A DNA stretch of 64,000 nt from Thelocarpon superellum (lineage: Eukaryota), in the NCBI GenBank assembly GCA_026025795.1, contig JAPEUG010000052.1, positions 1-64,000 on the forward strand, in the 5' to 3' direction. A program made the translations under genes and the position numbers. Numbering within the stretch: position 1 is the first letter of the stretch; every line of letters begins with the position of its first letter. Shown here piece after piece: positions 12,619 through 25,179 of the stretch. The notes below the pieces were generated by a model that made no database searches, was not told the DNA's origin, and saw nothing but the letters and a program-made list of their open reading frames with translations.

Positions 12619-12747
12619 GATGGGGGCGTTGCCGGTCGGATGGGAGCGTTGCCAGTCGGATGGGAGCGTTGCCAGTCGGATGGGAGCGTTGCCAGTCGGA
12701 TGGGAGCGTTGCCAGTCGGATGGGAGCGTTGCCAGTCGGATGGGAGC
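12619..12747. repeat. 20-bp tandem repeat, about 6.5 copies (GATGGGAGCGTTGCCAGTCG), upstream of carB
   Basis: Five identical units at 12639-12738, one variant unit and a partial unit, with no spacers. Confidence 0.95.
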
Positions 12748-13107
12748 TTGAACTACGGCAGATGAGGGCCCGTCGATTCGACGGGCGCGTTCTGCATCCA
12801 ACTTCCTTTCATCATGACGCTCGGAGTCATGTCAAGTCATAGATGAGGCCGTCGCCGAGCGCAATCTGGGAGTCAAGATCATACAGCAGTCGACCCATGC
12901 CCCACCCGCGGATACCTAGGCCACCACATGAATTGGGGGAGCGGAAAGACACGTTCCAAACTAATACAGGATAGAATGACATGACACGACCTGGATCAAA
13001 AGAGCACAGCCGGACGACAGATGCACTCATATCTCACGTCTCGTACACGTGCTGCTCCATCTCTACACGGCCCCTCTTGGGCCGGGACCCACCGCTCGGC
13101 GCTCCTC

Positions 13108-13325
13108 TTACTCGGGCCGCTGTCGCTTCGTGCCGTGGGGATTGCCGGCATTCCATCCACCATCGGCTCCAGCCGCCGCCACGGTTGCTTGAGGGGCCGG
13201 AGGACTGTGCTGGCTCTGGAAGAAGGCGGGGTTGAAGTGTGGCTGCGGGCCGGTGAATCCCGCTTGACCTGTGCCTCGTCAGCGGCAGGCGATGGACGGA
13301 GGAGTAAGACGGGTCATCATACCCT

Positions 13326-13359
<34 letters not shown>

Positions 13360-14499
13360 ACCCATGCCCCCCCCCATCGGTCCCGGCATGCCTCCCATCA
13401 TGTTCCCCATGCCCATGTTCGGCATGCCGCCCATCATCCCGGGAGCCATCCCGCCTCTCCCTCGGTTGCCGCCCGCCCCACCTCGCATGCCCCCGCCCAT
13501 CATGCCCCCACGGTTGAATCCACCCGCGTAGCCGGGCATGCCACCCATGGGCCCCCCCTGAAAGCCGCCGCCGATGGGACTGCCTTGGAAGCCGCCTTGG
13601 GGCGGTCCGCCGACCATGGGCCCGGAGAAGCTTCGATTCTGATAGCCGCCCATGGTGTTCATCGGGCCGCCTCGGTTTCCACCAAAGCCACCCCGCCCGC
13701 CACGGAAGCCGCCGCCCATATTATTGTTGGGGGTACGGGCGGCATCGAAGCCGGCTTGGTTGATGTACCGGCCCGGTGCATAATCTTGTCGTCCCGATCC
13801 GTCCTTCCCCCGCGGCGGCCCGTCTTTCGGTAGCGTTTTGTAGGGATTGATCGGAGAGGCGTAGATGGCCTGATGTTTCTTGGCATACGGCTGTCCCGCG
13901 CCCAGGGAGTCGATCTTTCGCTTCACGGCGAAGGCGGCTTGCGCCGACAAGAACTCGACGTATGCTTGCCTGTCCACCCCTCGTCAACGTTGATCGCGGA
14001 TGGCGTTCCTCGCCCGTTTTCCCGACACTCACCCTTTGCTCTTGCCATTCACCTTGTATTCACTAAAGGTAATGTCCTTCAACTCGTCTTCGCACTCGGA
14101 TTGGTTGACCCATCCACGAATGTCCTCGTCCGTCGTCCACCAGTGGAGGTCCGAGATGAGCAGCGCCGGGGTGGCATTCGGCTCCAGCGGTCGTTCATCC
14201 TCGCCGTCGCCTCGTTTGACCCCCTGCTCTTGCGGTGGTTGTCGTGGCATCTCGACCTGATTCTCCACCGGGCCGTCGGCCGTGGAGATGGCTTGCATCT
14301 CCTGCGCATCATGCGCCGGCTCCGGCTGGACGGCGTGTGCGGCCTCGTGGTCGTGGGCGTTGCCGAAGCCGTTGCCGCCTTTCGCTTCCTCGGCGTCAGC
14401 TCCGACCGGCTCGTCCTCCATCTGCTCATGTCTGTACTCGTCCCCATCGCCATCGCCGTAGATGTCGATATCAAAGTTGTCTTCATCAAGGCCGGCCAT
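13108..14499 (-). CDS. RRM-domain protein with Gly/Met/RGG-rich tail (CPSF6/CFIm68-like fungal RRM protein)
   Basis: N-terminal DIDIYGD; RRM LLISDLHWWTTDEDIRGW...KVNGKSKGQAYVEF; introns at about 13970-14032 and 13269-13322; C-terminus PHFNPAFF...NPHGTKRQRPE* (stop 13108-13110). Confidence 0.85.
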
Positions 14500-15733
14500 G
14501 GTGCGGCAAGGTCAGAAGACGCGGTTTGATTGCTTTACGAGTAGAGACAGGTCTGCGTACACATGCGAATGAATCAGCTCTCGAGAGAAAAGGGATCATC
14601 GTGCCTGGGATGCCACCCGTGACGCTCGGGACCCGGACAGTGGTGCGCAAGCTTGCCCGGACGCGAGCCAAGTCGGCGGACACAAACACGGTCATGGTGA
14701 TACGTACACTCCGAATCAAACAATCACTCCACAGCCACTCCGCAAGCAGATCCACACGGCAAAGAGAACTCGAGTGGCGTGGGTAATGGGGACGTGCGTG
14801 CGGACGGAGGGATGACAACGCTCTCACGCTGGTCGCCTTCCTTGGCAGATGCCAGACGGGGTGGGACAGGAGGACTGAGGACTGAGGACTGAGGACTGAG
14901 GACCGAGGACACGGCCGGAGAAGAGCAAGCGCGGTGCTCGTCCACTTCTGACGGCTGGAGGTCCTTGGGCAAGAGACAGAGAGCGAAGACTTGCGATCGA
15001 TGGCCGCGAGGGCACACGCAAGGACAAACGACGAAGTAGACGAGGATCCGTCGGCGGCCGCCCACGACGTGGGATCCGATGCACTCCACCCACAGGCTCC
15101 CGCCCGAGCGACACGATCGATCACGATGCTCGCCGTGTCAACCTCGTCCGGTCGATGGATGGCACTTGGTGGAGCGAGGGCCGTCTATCGCCTGGCGGAG
15201 CGCATGGCCCGTGCAAGGGGGCGGACGCGACGAGCGAGATGGAACCCTGGAGAGGGATGGGCTCTGGACGTGATGGGGCGGGCACGAGGGACAGCGGCGC
15301 CGACTGGGTCCGGTCGAGCGGAGATGGTCGTCAAGAGCTGGCAATCGCCCGAGGAGGCTTGAAGGCTGGGAAGATGAGGCGCGCATAGGGAGAGCGAGGA
15401 GAGCGAGCAGAGAAAAGAGGTCGGCGTGCTGCAATGCAGCTAAGCTCGGTGGGGTCTAGCGCCAGTCCCGGTCCCTACGTACCATTGGACGAGCTCGCAG
15501 TACGGAGGACGAGTAGGGAGGCTGTTCGCTCTACGGCGGCGCATTGGCACCGCTGATCCCACGCAGCCGACGGGCCGGGACGAGGACAGCACGACAACTT
15601 TCGCTGATCGGCCGCGACCACGACGGACGGCTCACGTTGCACTCGGACCATCACCTGGGCTCCTCTCCACCAGCCAGCACCTCTCTCCGCGCGGCTCTCT
15701 CTCATCGCCTCGTCTGATCCTCCTCCCGTGGCC

Positions 15734-16064
15734 ATGTCTGACCAGCTCCGAGAGCTCGCCGAGATCCCGCGCGACTTCCTGCGCGATGGCACGCTGTTTC
15801 TCAACCGATGCACCAAGCGTAGGTCTCCCCTCGCCCGTGGACGGGCCTGCCTGCTGACACGTGCGTCTCTAGCGGACAAGCGTGAGTTCATCAAGATCTC
15901 CCAAGCGGTCGGCGTGGGATTTGTGGTCATGGGCACCATCGGATACTTTGTCAAGCTCAGTGAGTCCCGGCCGTGACACCGCGCATGGGTGACCCGCGTG
16001 CTGACGACCATGGCTGCGCGCAGTTCACATTCCCGTCAATAACATCTTGGTGGGAGGAGCATGA
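15734..16064 (+). CDS. SSS1: Sec61 translocon gamma subunit
   Basis: Three exons give MSDQLRELAEIPRDFLRDGTLFLNRCTKPDKREFIKISQAVGVGFVVMGTIGYFVKLIHIPVNNILVGGA*. Confidence 0.95.
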
Positions 16065-16389
16065 GGGGCATGTGGTGGGGACCCGAGCGTGGGGCCGGTG
16101 CGGGTTGTGGGGGTCGGGACCGGGAGGGCCGGGATAGTCGGGACGGGAGGGCCCGACGGTGGTGCATCTCCCGCTGTCTCATCTCGGTGACCTTGGCATC
16201 TCCACTACGGACCGGACCGGAGGGCATCGCGTCTCATCCTTCATGTCATGTACTCTGCAGATGCGCTCGATCAGACATTCCCAACCTCTATTCCCCCGCT
16301 CTCGCGGCTCCCTTGACATGCCCACGTCCGTTCCATTTGCCGCCCCGCTGATTCCCCCGTCCGGCGCAGCGCGATGCCTGGTCCGGCAT

Positions 16390-18711
16390 TCACGTCCGCC
16401 GTCCCACCATGCGATCGCCAATGGGGCCATGGCGCGTCCAGATGCCCGGGCGGTTGTCGCCGTCCTGCTCGGCTCGCACGGGGCGGTCGTAGAAGTCCGG
16501 GTTGTATTGCAGATGCTGGTCGACCCGGCTGCCCAAGGGTGCATGGTCGTCATCCTCGTCGATGCCATCACTCCACGAGTGGACCGTACACGTGCCGTTG
16601 GTCATGCCCCATCCGTTCCACGATGACGCTATCGGGGGTTAGCCGGGGACGGGCACGAGGCGGGAGCGGTCCAGGGGCACGTACCGACCAGGAGCGGGAC
16701 GTGCGGGTGCCAGCTGGCGTCGCGCACGCACGTCCGCCACGCGCTACGATTGCCGCCGGTGCCGTGATCCTCCCAGCTGACGCCGCCGTTGGCGTCGCGC
16801 GGACGCGAGCGGTGGGTGGCCTTGCGCACGTCGATCTTGCTGGCCAGGGTGCCGTCGATGTTGTACACATGCACCGCCCCGCCCTCGCTCCCCGTGTAGA
16901 CGTAGCGCGAGTCCGAGCTGCCCGGGGGCGAGAAGTGGCAGCGGATCAACGTCTTGAGCACACGATGGCCGCGGTAGGTGACGAGCGAGCAGTCGTGCGG
17001 GTGCGGTCGGAGGTTGGCCTCCTCAAAGGGCATGAAGCGGTAGTCGAAGCCATGCGAGTAGGCGAGCGGGTCGATGCGATCGAAGCGATCCGTGCTCATC
17101 ATCTTGCGCAGGTCCCAGAGCTTCATCGTCTGATCCTTGCCGTTGCTCAGCACGTAGCGCCCGTCGCCCTTGCTGTCGATGTAGGTGAGGCCCTCGGTGT
17201 GGCCGACGAAGACGCCGGCCTCGCGGGAGTCGCCCATGCTGCGCCGATCCCACACCTTCAGCGTCGAGTCGTCCGAGCCCGAGTAGAGGAGATGCGGCGA
17301 GGAGCGGTCGCCGAAGCACACGGCGTTGACCTCGTTCTGGTGACCGCGGATCTGCAGGAGGGACTGCCGCGTCTCGATGTCGTAGACGTAGATGCTGTGA
17401 TTCTGCGTGCCCGCCACGATCTCGCGTCCGTCGCCGGAGAAGCGAAGGGACCAGACGGCAAAACTCCGCCTGGCCGTGGGAAAGCCGCGGCGTCGGTCGG
17501 CGTGGAGGAAGTCGAGCATGATGGGATCGGTGGTGCCGCTCGGATCGGTCGCGGCCACGCAGACGACGCTGTGCATGGACGAGTAGGCCAGCAGTTTGTT
17601 GTCCGGGCTCAATGAGGCGTCGGTGATGGTCCACTGGCCGCCGGGATACTCGACGGTCTTGTAGTAGCGCCAGTGGTAGGGGTCGGACGTGTCGTACATG
17701 CGCACCTTGAAGTCCTGCCCACAGGCGAAGAAGAAGTTGCCGTCTTCCGAGAACTGGCCCGAGTAGCAACGGCTGTCGTAATGGATGATGGTGTCGGCCA
17801 CCGTGGCCGGGATCATGTTCTGCGTCATCAATCGATTCTGCCGCGTCACGTCCCCGTAGATGCCGAGCTCGCGGCGCATGAGCTGTTCCGACAGCTGGAT
17901 TGGCCGGCCGCTCGTGAGACGCGACTTGGGGGGCCGATGACCAAACTGGCCCTCGTTCATGAGCCGCGTGCCCGCCTCAAAGGGCGGCTTGGGGTACTCG
18001 ATCTCGCGTCGACGGCGTCGTCGAGCGTTCAGCAGGCTGGCCAGCCCCGTGGTATCCGTCTCCGTGTCCTCATCCTCGTCCTCGTCGTCCTCGTCTTCGT
18101 CCTCGTAGCTGTCATCCTCGTCCAGGCCACGCTCGGCCCGTCGTGCCGCCGCTCGAGCCCCGGCAAAATGCTGGACGAACAGTCGGCCGAAGGCGGCTTG
18201 TCCGCCCAGCAGCTCTAGAAGATCCTGGCGTGTCACTGCGGAGGATGGTGAGCCGTGGGAAAGCACCATCTGTTCGGGGACTTACTGCGTCGTGGTTGGC
18301 CGGCCGGACGTGGGCGGGCTTCGGCGTCCGCCTGGCTTCCCTCTTCCTCCCTCCTTTCCTCTTCCTCGTCCTCCTCTTCCGTTGACTCTTCCACGGTAAA
18401 TTCCACCTCCACGTCTCCTGCATCCTCTGGGGCTTCTGTGTCTGCAACGACGTCAGGAGTTTGCTCGGTCGTCTTCTCTGACGCGGGGGATGCCTGATAC
18501 CTTCGGCGGTGCCGGTCTCGGACTCGGTCATCTCGTCATCGTGGCCGTCACTGGTCCCGGTGGTAGTTTCGTCAGTCATGTCCTCGTAGTCGCCGTCGTC
18601 GTCGTCGGTGCCGTCGTCCGTCCGGCGGTGCGGTGGCGAGGCGCGGGGGGTCTCGTCCGACGATTCGGTTAGGTGGGCCGCGAAGCCGGCGACATTTGGC
18701 GAGGCGCTCAT
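16390..18711 (-). CDS. WD40-repeat protein, WDR23/DCAF11 (LEC14B) family
   Basis: YSGQFSEDGNFF, WTITDASLSPD, GHTEGLTYIDSKGDGRYVLSNGKDQ, YRGHRVLKTLIRCHFSP and VRDASWHP. Acidic N-terminus, three introns, last exon ends at 16390. The N-terminal boundary is less certain. Confidence 0.88.
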
Positions 18712-19559
18712 GATGGGTGGGCCGACATGTCGAATGGTGGAAAGGACCGGTGTGAGGTCGAGATCGGAATTGGTCTTTGGCTATTTGATATGTGACGGGG
18801 CAGGCCCTTCGGGTCGAGCAGCCGGTCCGACGGCCGATGACGACAAGGACTAGAGAGTCATGGAGTGAGGAGCCGCTCGCCGCGGCCTCGCTTCGGCCTG
18901 ATCGACCTTTGCTCGGCGATACCCAATCCCCGTCCGAGCGCTGTGGGTGGAGGAACGGTGGGGACCACGACTCAGCTGACACCATCAGAACAACTCCTTG
19001 TGGTGGTGGATAGAGATGATTTCATCTTCAGATTCTTCAGATTCTTCGGATTTTGCAGATGTATCTTCAGATGCGGGATTCTGCGTGACATTCAAGCTAT
19101 GTCAAGTGTCAAGTGTCAAGTGTCAGGTGTCCAGGTGGCCCAAGAATCTAGAAGACGGGGCGAGAGCTACGCCCTTGGCCCTAGCTGCACGATGGAAAGG
19201 GCAGAGCACTCGGAGCGACGCGGTAGATCCTACAGCTTAACTGTAAAGCCCCACACCAACCCCGCGCCCGCTGGATCCATCTGCCTCCGCAAGCATTCTC
19301 GTCTCAGGTCCCACGACGCCGCCGTTCGTGTACCGCAAGCACAGGAACGGGTCCAGCGTCGCGATCCATCGCACAACGACCCCTCGCACAGCTTGGGCGG
19401 GACTCTTCCTGCGTGCCGCCGGCGTGACGTGCGTCGTTGTGCGTGCTTTCACCGGACCTCGTCTGGTTGGCGGGGCGCGTCGCTTCACCTCCTCGTCCCC
19501 CTTCTCCACGCCCGATCCCATCCACCCCCACCCCGAGCCATCGCTCCCATCCCGCCACG

Positions 19560-20117
19560 ATGCAGGCCATGCCGGATTCGCGTCAGCAGAGCTTTGAGGA
19601 GATTTACGGACCTCCGGAGAACTTCCTTGAGATTGAGGTACCCTTCCCCCTGGCGTCGTGCTCGTTGCCTGGGTGCCCTTGCCAACGCTCGTCGTGCCGC
19701 GCCAGGTCAAGAACCCACAGACGCACGGCCTAGGACGGAAGATGTACACGGACTACGAAGTCGTCTGCCGTACCAACATCCCCGCGTTTAAGCTGAAGCA
19801 TAGCTCGGTGCGGCGGCGCTATTCGGATTTTGAGTACTTCCGCGACATCCTGGAGCGGGAGAGTGCGCGCGTGACCATCCCTCAGCTCCCGGGCAAGGTG
19901 TTTACGAACCGCTTCAGCGACGACGTGATTGAGCACCGACGAGACGGTCTGCAGCATTTCCTGCAGATTGTGGTCGGCCATCCGCTCCTGCAGACGGGTA
20001 GCAAGGTGCTGGCGAGCTTCGTGCAGGGTAAGCACGCGACGCGATGGGCGATCGATCGTGTTCATGCCATGGCTCACGTGAGATGTAGATCCGAACTGGG
20101 ACCGGAACTCGTGGTGA
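19560..20117 (+). CDS. SNX3: Sorting nexin-3 (PX domain)
   Basis: [34 protein letters not shown]...[19 protein letters not shown]...[12 protein letters not shown], with two introns. Confidence 0.95.
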
Positions 20118-20612
20118 GGGACCGTCGTCGTCCTTGATGGGGACGCGGCAGCCTCGACCACGCATCGACCACGCATCGCCGACCGGGCGGCAGCCGAACA
20201 ACCCACCCACCGTTGATTCTCTCCGTCTCTCTCCGCCTCCTTGCTCTCCTTTCCGATGTCCATGTCAAGGCGCACCTGGAGGGCTCCATCCGTTCCCGTG
20301 TCAGCGAGTGCATTACGGTGTGAGTTTGGCCGCAGGGGAAGGAATTCGCTTGTACGTGTCTACAGTGTCTATGGTAGGAGTTGCAGGAGAGAAGACCGAG
20401 CTGGCTGTTCTGGCCCACTCCATCTAGTGCCCAACGCGAAGGATGAGCCAGCTAGGCACCGAGGGAGGGGAGGTCCGTTAGAGTGGAGTGATGAGAAGAG
20501 ATCGGCGGTGAGAGAGGAGAGGTGGTGGCACATGGGGATCCCGCAACCGACTCTTCCGACCAGGGTGCCTGCAACGCCGAGTATGCTCCGAAAAGAACGG
20601 GCCGCGCGGGCC

Positions 20613-22079
20613 TCACGCAGGGGTCTCGAGCACACGCAGGACAAACTCGTACGTGCCGAACATGATGGCGGCGCTGGGCACAACGCGGAGGAGGTGCGGC
20701 GTCAGGCCGCCGTAGAGACCCGCCATGCCTTCGTCGCGCCAGATCAGGCGGAAACACTGCAGCAGCCCCGTGTACTGGAGCTGGCCATCGTGCCGCGGCG
20801 CTTGCCGGAGCCGGGTGCGCACGACCTCGTGCGGGTAGGTGACGATGGCGGCGAAGAGCTTGGCGCTCCCCGCGGCGCCGAGCTTGCCGGTCCAGCCGAC
20901 CGTTGCGTCCCACCAGGTGGGCGGTTGACCGGAGGCGGCGAGCCGAGCGTCGCGCTGGCCGAGGTACCGCTTCATCTGCTCGTACAGGACCCACTGCAGG
21001 GTGCTCTCGCTAACGCCCAGGTAGCTGGCGCTGAGGCCGCGGTACAGGCCGCGGATGCCCTCGTGCCGCACCACCTGGCGGGTGCAGTCCCAGCTGTTCT
21101 GGTATCGGCGCGGCGCCACCGACCCCGGCTGCTCCGCGTGCGACCGGTCCAGCTGCAGGCGGGTCTTGACCAGCCAGATGGGATTGGTGACGGTGCCGGT
21201 GATGATGCCGGCATTGGCCGCGGCGCAGAGATGCACCCAGGCGGCCTCGTCGCCGTGGTTGAAGTGCTTGCTGAGGAGCCGTTTGCCGTTGCCGTAGGCG
21301 TAGAAGTTGACGGCCCGGGCCGGCACCACGCCCGTCAGGTTGGGCCCCAGCCCCTTGAACAAGGCACGCCAGCCCTCGGTGCGATGGATGGAGACGAGGA
21401 TCTGCACGGTTTCGCGCACGTGCAGCACGGCGCTTTGGGAGACGGAGAGGCTGGAGAGGGCGGGGACCTGCCGGGCGGCGCGTGAGGCGATGAGTTGCGC
21501 TTGGTAGTAGTCGGACTGGAGTCGCGTCTTAAGCACGTCGAGGGGCGAGGTCAAGAAGGCCGCATTCATGCCCCCGATCCTGCCCGTGGCGCGCGTCAGT
21601 CTCGCGGTGTCCGGGGGCGCGCTTGCGCGGTCGACTCACCCGCCGGCCACCAGATAGGCCCATGACCGGCCCCCGGGCCGTGCGGGGTCCGTGGTGGCGC
21701 GTCCCGGCTCGGTGGGGACGGGGTCGACGGGGCCCGTGTCTGCTGGCGACGGTCGTGCCACGGACGGGCGCGTGGCGGAGGTCGGGGAGGTCATGTACGA
21801 AGGCGCATGAGCGCGCGGATGCCCGCGGCAGGGAGCCTCGTTCGACCTGCGGGGTGCGATGTCGACGACCAGCCCCTCCGTCGATACTGGTGCAGGTGGC
21901 GTGTCGATGGCGGTCGCGCGGACGGTGGTGAAGGCTCGCGGTCGCTGGCTTCTCGTGAAGCTGCCGAGCGAGAGTAGGTGCACATGTCGCGAACGGCCAT
22001 CTGCTTGCATGACGCTGCCCTTTTTCCGAGCTGTCGCTTCGTCCGCGTCCGCGTCCGCGTCTACGGGTCCGGCGGCCAT
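20613..22079 (-). CDS. RIM2: Mitochondrial carrier, pyrimidine nucleotide transporter Rim2-like
   Basis: Three carrier motifs (PLDVLKTRLQ, PIWLVKTRLQ, PHEVVRTRLR), GLGPNLTGVVPARAVNF and GLSASYLG. Intron at about 21580-21639. Long N-terminal extension, so the true start is uncertain. Confidence 0.88.
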
Positions 22080-22399
22080 CACTGAACGAAGTCACGTTGA
22101 ACCTTATTTGTCGGGTACAAGTACTTCTAGGTGGTACTTCGTTACTCAGACCCCCGGCATCATCCGCGACCGCGGTTGTGGCGAGAGATCATCTCCATCT
22201 CACGGTGCAGTCCACTGAGACCTCGCTGCTTGCTGTTCCGCGAGATACTGAGACGTCGTGGGTGGGCACAAACTGCACCACGTCTAGGTTGGGTGCGTTC
22301 AGGTTGGGTGAGGCCTGTGGCCATCCATGATGCATTGATGCAAGCCTTTCCTACCGCACCACGTGCTCTCTAGCAGCCCTCCACTCCGTCCGTCGCCCT

Positions 22400-23047
22400 T
22401 CAAATGGTCGTCTCATAGGCTACGGGCACGATGGTCTCGGGCTTGTTCTCCTTCATCGACACCGTGCGTGCTTCGCGTGGCATGACCGGCTGGCGTTTGA
22501 GATGGATGTGCGCGCCCTCGGCCTTGGCCTTCTTCTTCTTCTCCGCGTTCTGCTTCACCCGCCGGACGAATTCCTCGCGCGATCGTGAGAGCGAGACGTG
22601 CTCGATGCGTAGGTTGACGCGCTTCTCGATGTATCGGTTGCCGACCTTTTTGTAGATGATGACGCCCACCGCGGACCGCGTGACGTTGTAGATGACGCCC
22701 GTCTTGCCGTGGTAGACCTTGTGAGGCATCCTGTCATGCATTAGACTGGCGACGAACGGATCTGCCCCGCCATCCCTCCACGCACCCCTTTTGCACCGCA
22801 CCGTTGGCCTTGACGTCGACGATATCTCCCACTCTGTCGAAGGATCAGTACGACGGGGACCATCCATGCACGGAGGCGACGAACTTGTATTGTCTCAGAT
22901 AGGTCGAGAGCTTGATCATGCCCTTTTGCTTGAATGGGCGTGAGAAGGCATACTGTGAGGGGCGGTGGTTAGTGCGTAGCCCGGTATCGGAGGCAGGAGA
23001 CCTTCACATACCCGAGTACCGGCGCGGAGACCCGCGGCGTGACCCAT
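22400..23047 (-). CDS. RPL21: 60S ribosomal protein L21 (eL21)
   Basis: MGHAAGLRAGTR|YAFSRPFKQKG...|VGDIVDVKANGAVQKG|MPHKVYHGKTG...PETIVPVAYETTI*, with three introns. Confidence 0.96.
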
Positions 23048-23368
23048 CTTGCCGGTGGATGGAGTGTCGCGACGGTTGAGGTGCTGATGGGCGGGTCGAC
23101 GTGGTGGTGTGGTGGTGTGGACGGGGAGGTGCTCGTCAAGAATTAGTGCCGTGAGCCCTAAGCGTCGAGGGTCGCAGTCCCTGCACTCGCCCACCAACCC
23201 GCTCAAGCGAGCCGAGTCTCGGCGTCGCCCACTTGCCCTTGTACTTGCACTTGTACTTGCACTTCTACTTGCCCTTCCTTTTCCACCTTCTTTGACTTCT
23301 TTGACGCGTCCTGACCACCATCGTCAACGTCCGGCGCCGTTCCCCGTCGGTCTCTGTGGATTGCACAC

Positions 23369-24253
23369 ATGGCGCCGTCAGTATCTCCGACTGCCATCGG
23401 GACGTGCCGGTACTGACATGCCCACAGACGGTCGTACTCCAAGACCTACAAGGTCCCGCGTCGTCGTATGTGTTGCTCGTGGGCCCCTCCTGCGTCTTGT
23501 GCTAACGGCTGCTAGCGTTCGAGTCGGCCCGTCTGTGAGTGCAGGTCTCGGCCACTGAATGCGAGCTTGCCTCAATTCACGTCGTAGCATGTCGTCTGAC
23601 TGGACCGCGATTGCCGCAGGGACTCGGAACTGAAGATTGTGGGCGAATATGGATTGCGCAACAAGCGCGAGGTGTGGCGGGTGCTGCTCACGCTGTCCAA
23701 GATCCGTCGGGCCGCTCGGTATGAGGTCCGCCCCGAGGCCTCGCTGTCCCGCATCTGACGCTGTGGCGGTGTAGACAACTGCTCACGCTGGACGAAAAAG
23801 ACCCCAAGCGACTGTTTGAGGGCAATGCGTTGATTCGGCGCCTGGTGCGGGTGGGGGTGCTGGATGAATCGCGCATGAAGCTGGATTACGTGCTGGCGCT
23901 CAAGGTGGAGGATTTCTTGGAACGTCGTCTCCAGACGTGTGTGTACAAGCTGGGGCTGGCCAAGAGTATCCACCATGCGCGGGTGCTCATCAAGCAGCGT
24001 CACATTCGGTACCCTTCTCCCCGACGCCCGTGTTGCCTGCGCGAGGGACTAACGCGCTGGGGCCAGCGTCGGCAAGCAGATCGTCAATGTGCCGTCCTTC
24101 GTGGTGCGTCTCGACAGCCAAAAGCACATTGACTTCGCCCTGAGCTCGCCCTTTGGTGGCGGCCGACCGGGCCGGGTGCGGCGGAAGAAGGCCAAGGCGG
24201 CGGAGAAGAAGGAAGAGGGGGGGGGTGACGATGACGAGGAAGAGGAGGAGTGA
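23369..24253 (+). CDS. RPS9: 40S ribosomal protein S9 (uS4)
   Basis: [43 protein letters not shown]...[42 protein letters not shown]...GGRPGRV, acidic tail; five introns. Confidence 0.96.
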
Positions 24254-24550
24254 GTGGGTGATGCAGCGTCGGGGTGTCGGATGGGAAGAAGAGTGATGAT
24301 GGACCGTGAAGGCACGGGGGATGTGTACAGTGGCTTCTGCCTGCACATGGGATCCGATGCACAAGTCTGGATGACGGAGCAAAAGGTGGCATTCATCCCC
24401 ATCTCTGTCACCATTCCCGTGACCATCATCTTCACCATCATCTGCACCACCGCGACAAGTTGAGCATAGACAATGAGATGATGACACCTCCAGCTTAGCC
24501 TACGTGGTCCTGTGCGCAGCACATCTTCTACCGTGATGGCATCATTGTGC

Positions 24551-24849
24551 ACACTTGAACTCACTTGAACTCCTACTTGAACGCCTACTTGAACTCCTAC
24601 TTGAACTCCTACTTGAACTCACACTTGAACTCACGCTTGAACTCACACTTGATGTCATGGATTGGCAAGGTCTATCTAGTCCGTCAGGACTCGTTGGAGC
24701 TCATGATCGTTGTATGTTGTCTGATTCATTATTCTAGCTAGGTGGGGAATTCTGCGATACGTATGGTACGTGGTGTACCACGTGACTTAATAGCGTCATG
24801 TGACGTCATTAACGCCATACGTCGTGACACTTGAACTCACACTTGAACT
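24551..24849. repeat. About 12-bp tandem repeat (ACTTGAACTCAC variants) interrupted by a solo LTR
   Basis: Repeated CTTGAAC units at 24551-24652, resuming at 24830-24849. Confidence 0.85.
24653..24829 (-). mobile_element. Solo LTR, family C (177 bp), 5-bp TSD CTTGA
   Basis: TGTCA...TGACA termini flanked by CTTGA on both sides. About 85 bp is the reverse complement of the 3' half of 39465-39635. Confidence 0.8.
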
Positions 24850-25089
24850 ATTGTATCAACTCACAGTTGCTGGATGTGAGCTTGTGCAATGACATGAAGG
24901 GCATCTTTCTTCCTTGACTTGCTCCTCCTCTCAGGCACAGGCAGGTCGAGCTTCAGCATCATTGTCAATGGTGAGTGAGTGAATGAGCAGCACTTTCCAC
25001 CTTGTACTATGTACTTTGTCCCTGGTCGACCAGGAGGTAGGGGGTGTGAAGGAGTGAGCGACCACCACGTGCCACTGGTGACCTACTCT

Positions 25090-25179
25090 TGTAGGAGCGC
25101 GCACGTGATCTGGTCACATGCCCACTCCTATTACTATCCTGACTACATGTAGATTAGCAATTCAGCTCTGGTTCCTACA
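25090..25179 (+). mobile_element. Solo LTR-like element, family B (90 bp), 4-bp TSD CTCT
   Basis: TGTAGGA...TCCTACA termini with CTCT on both sides. A near-identical copy lies at 51825-51914. Confidence 0.8.

Noticed and set aside
12619..12747. Possible CRISPR array
   Set aside because: Units are head-to-tail with no unique spacers, there are no cas genes, and the context is eukaryotic.
23535..23619. Intronic C/D snoRNA in RPS9 intron 3
   Set aside because: CTGA is present but there is no convincing RTGATGA box C or terminal stem; an alternative acceptor explains the length better.
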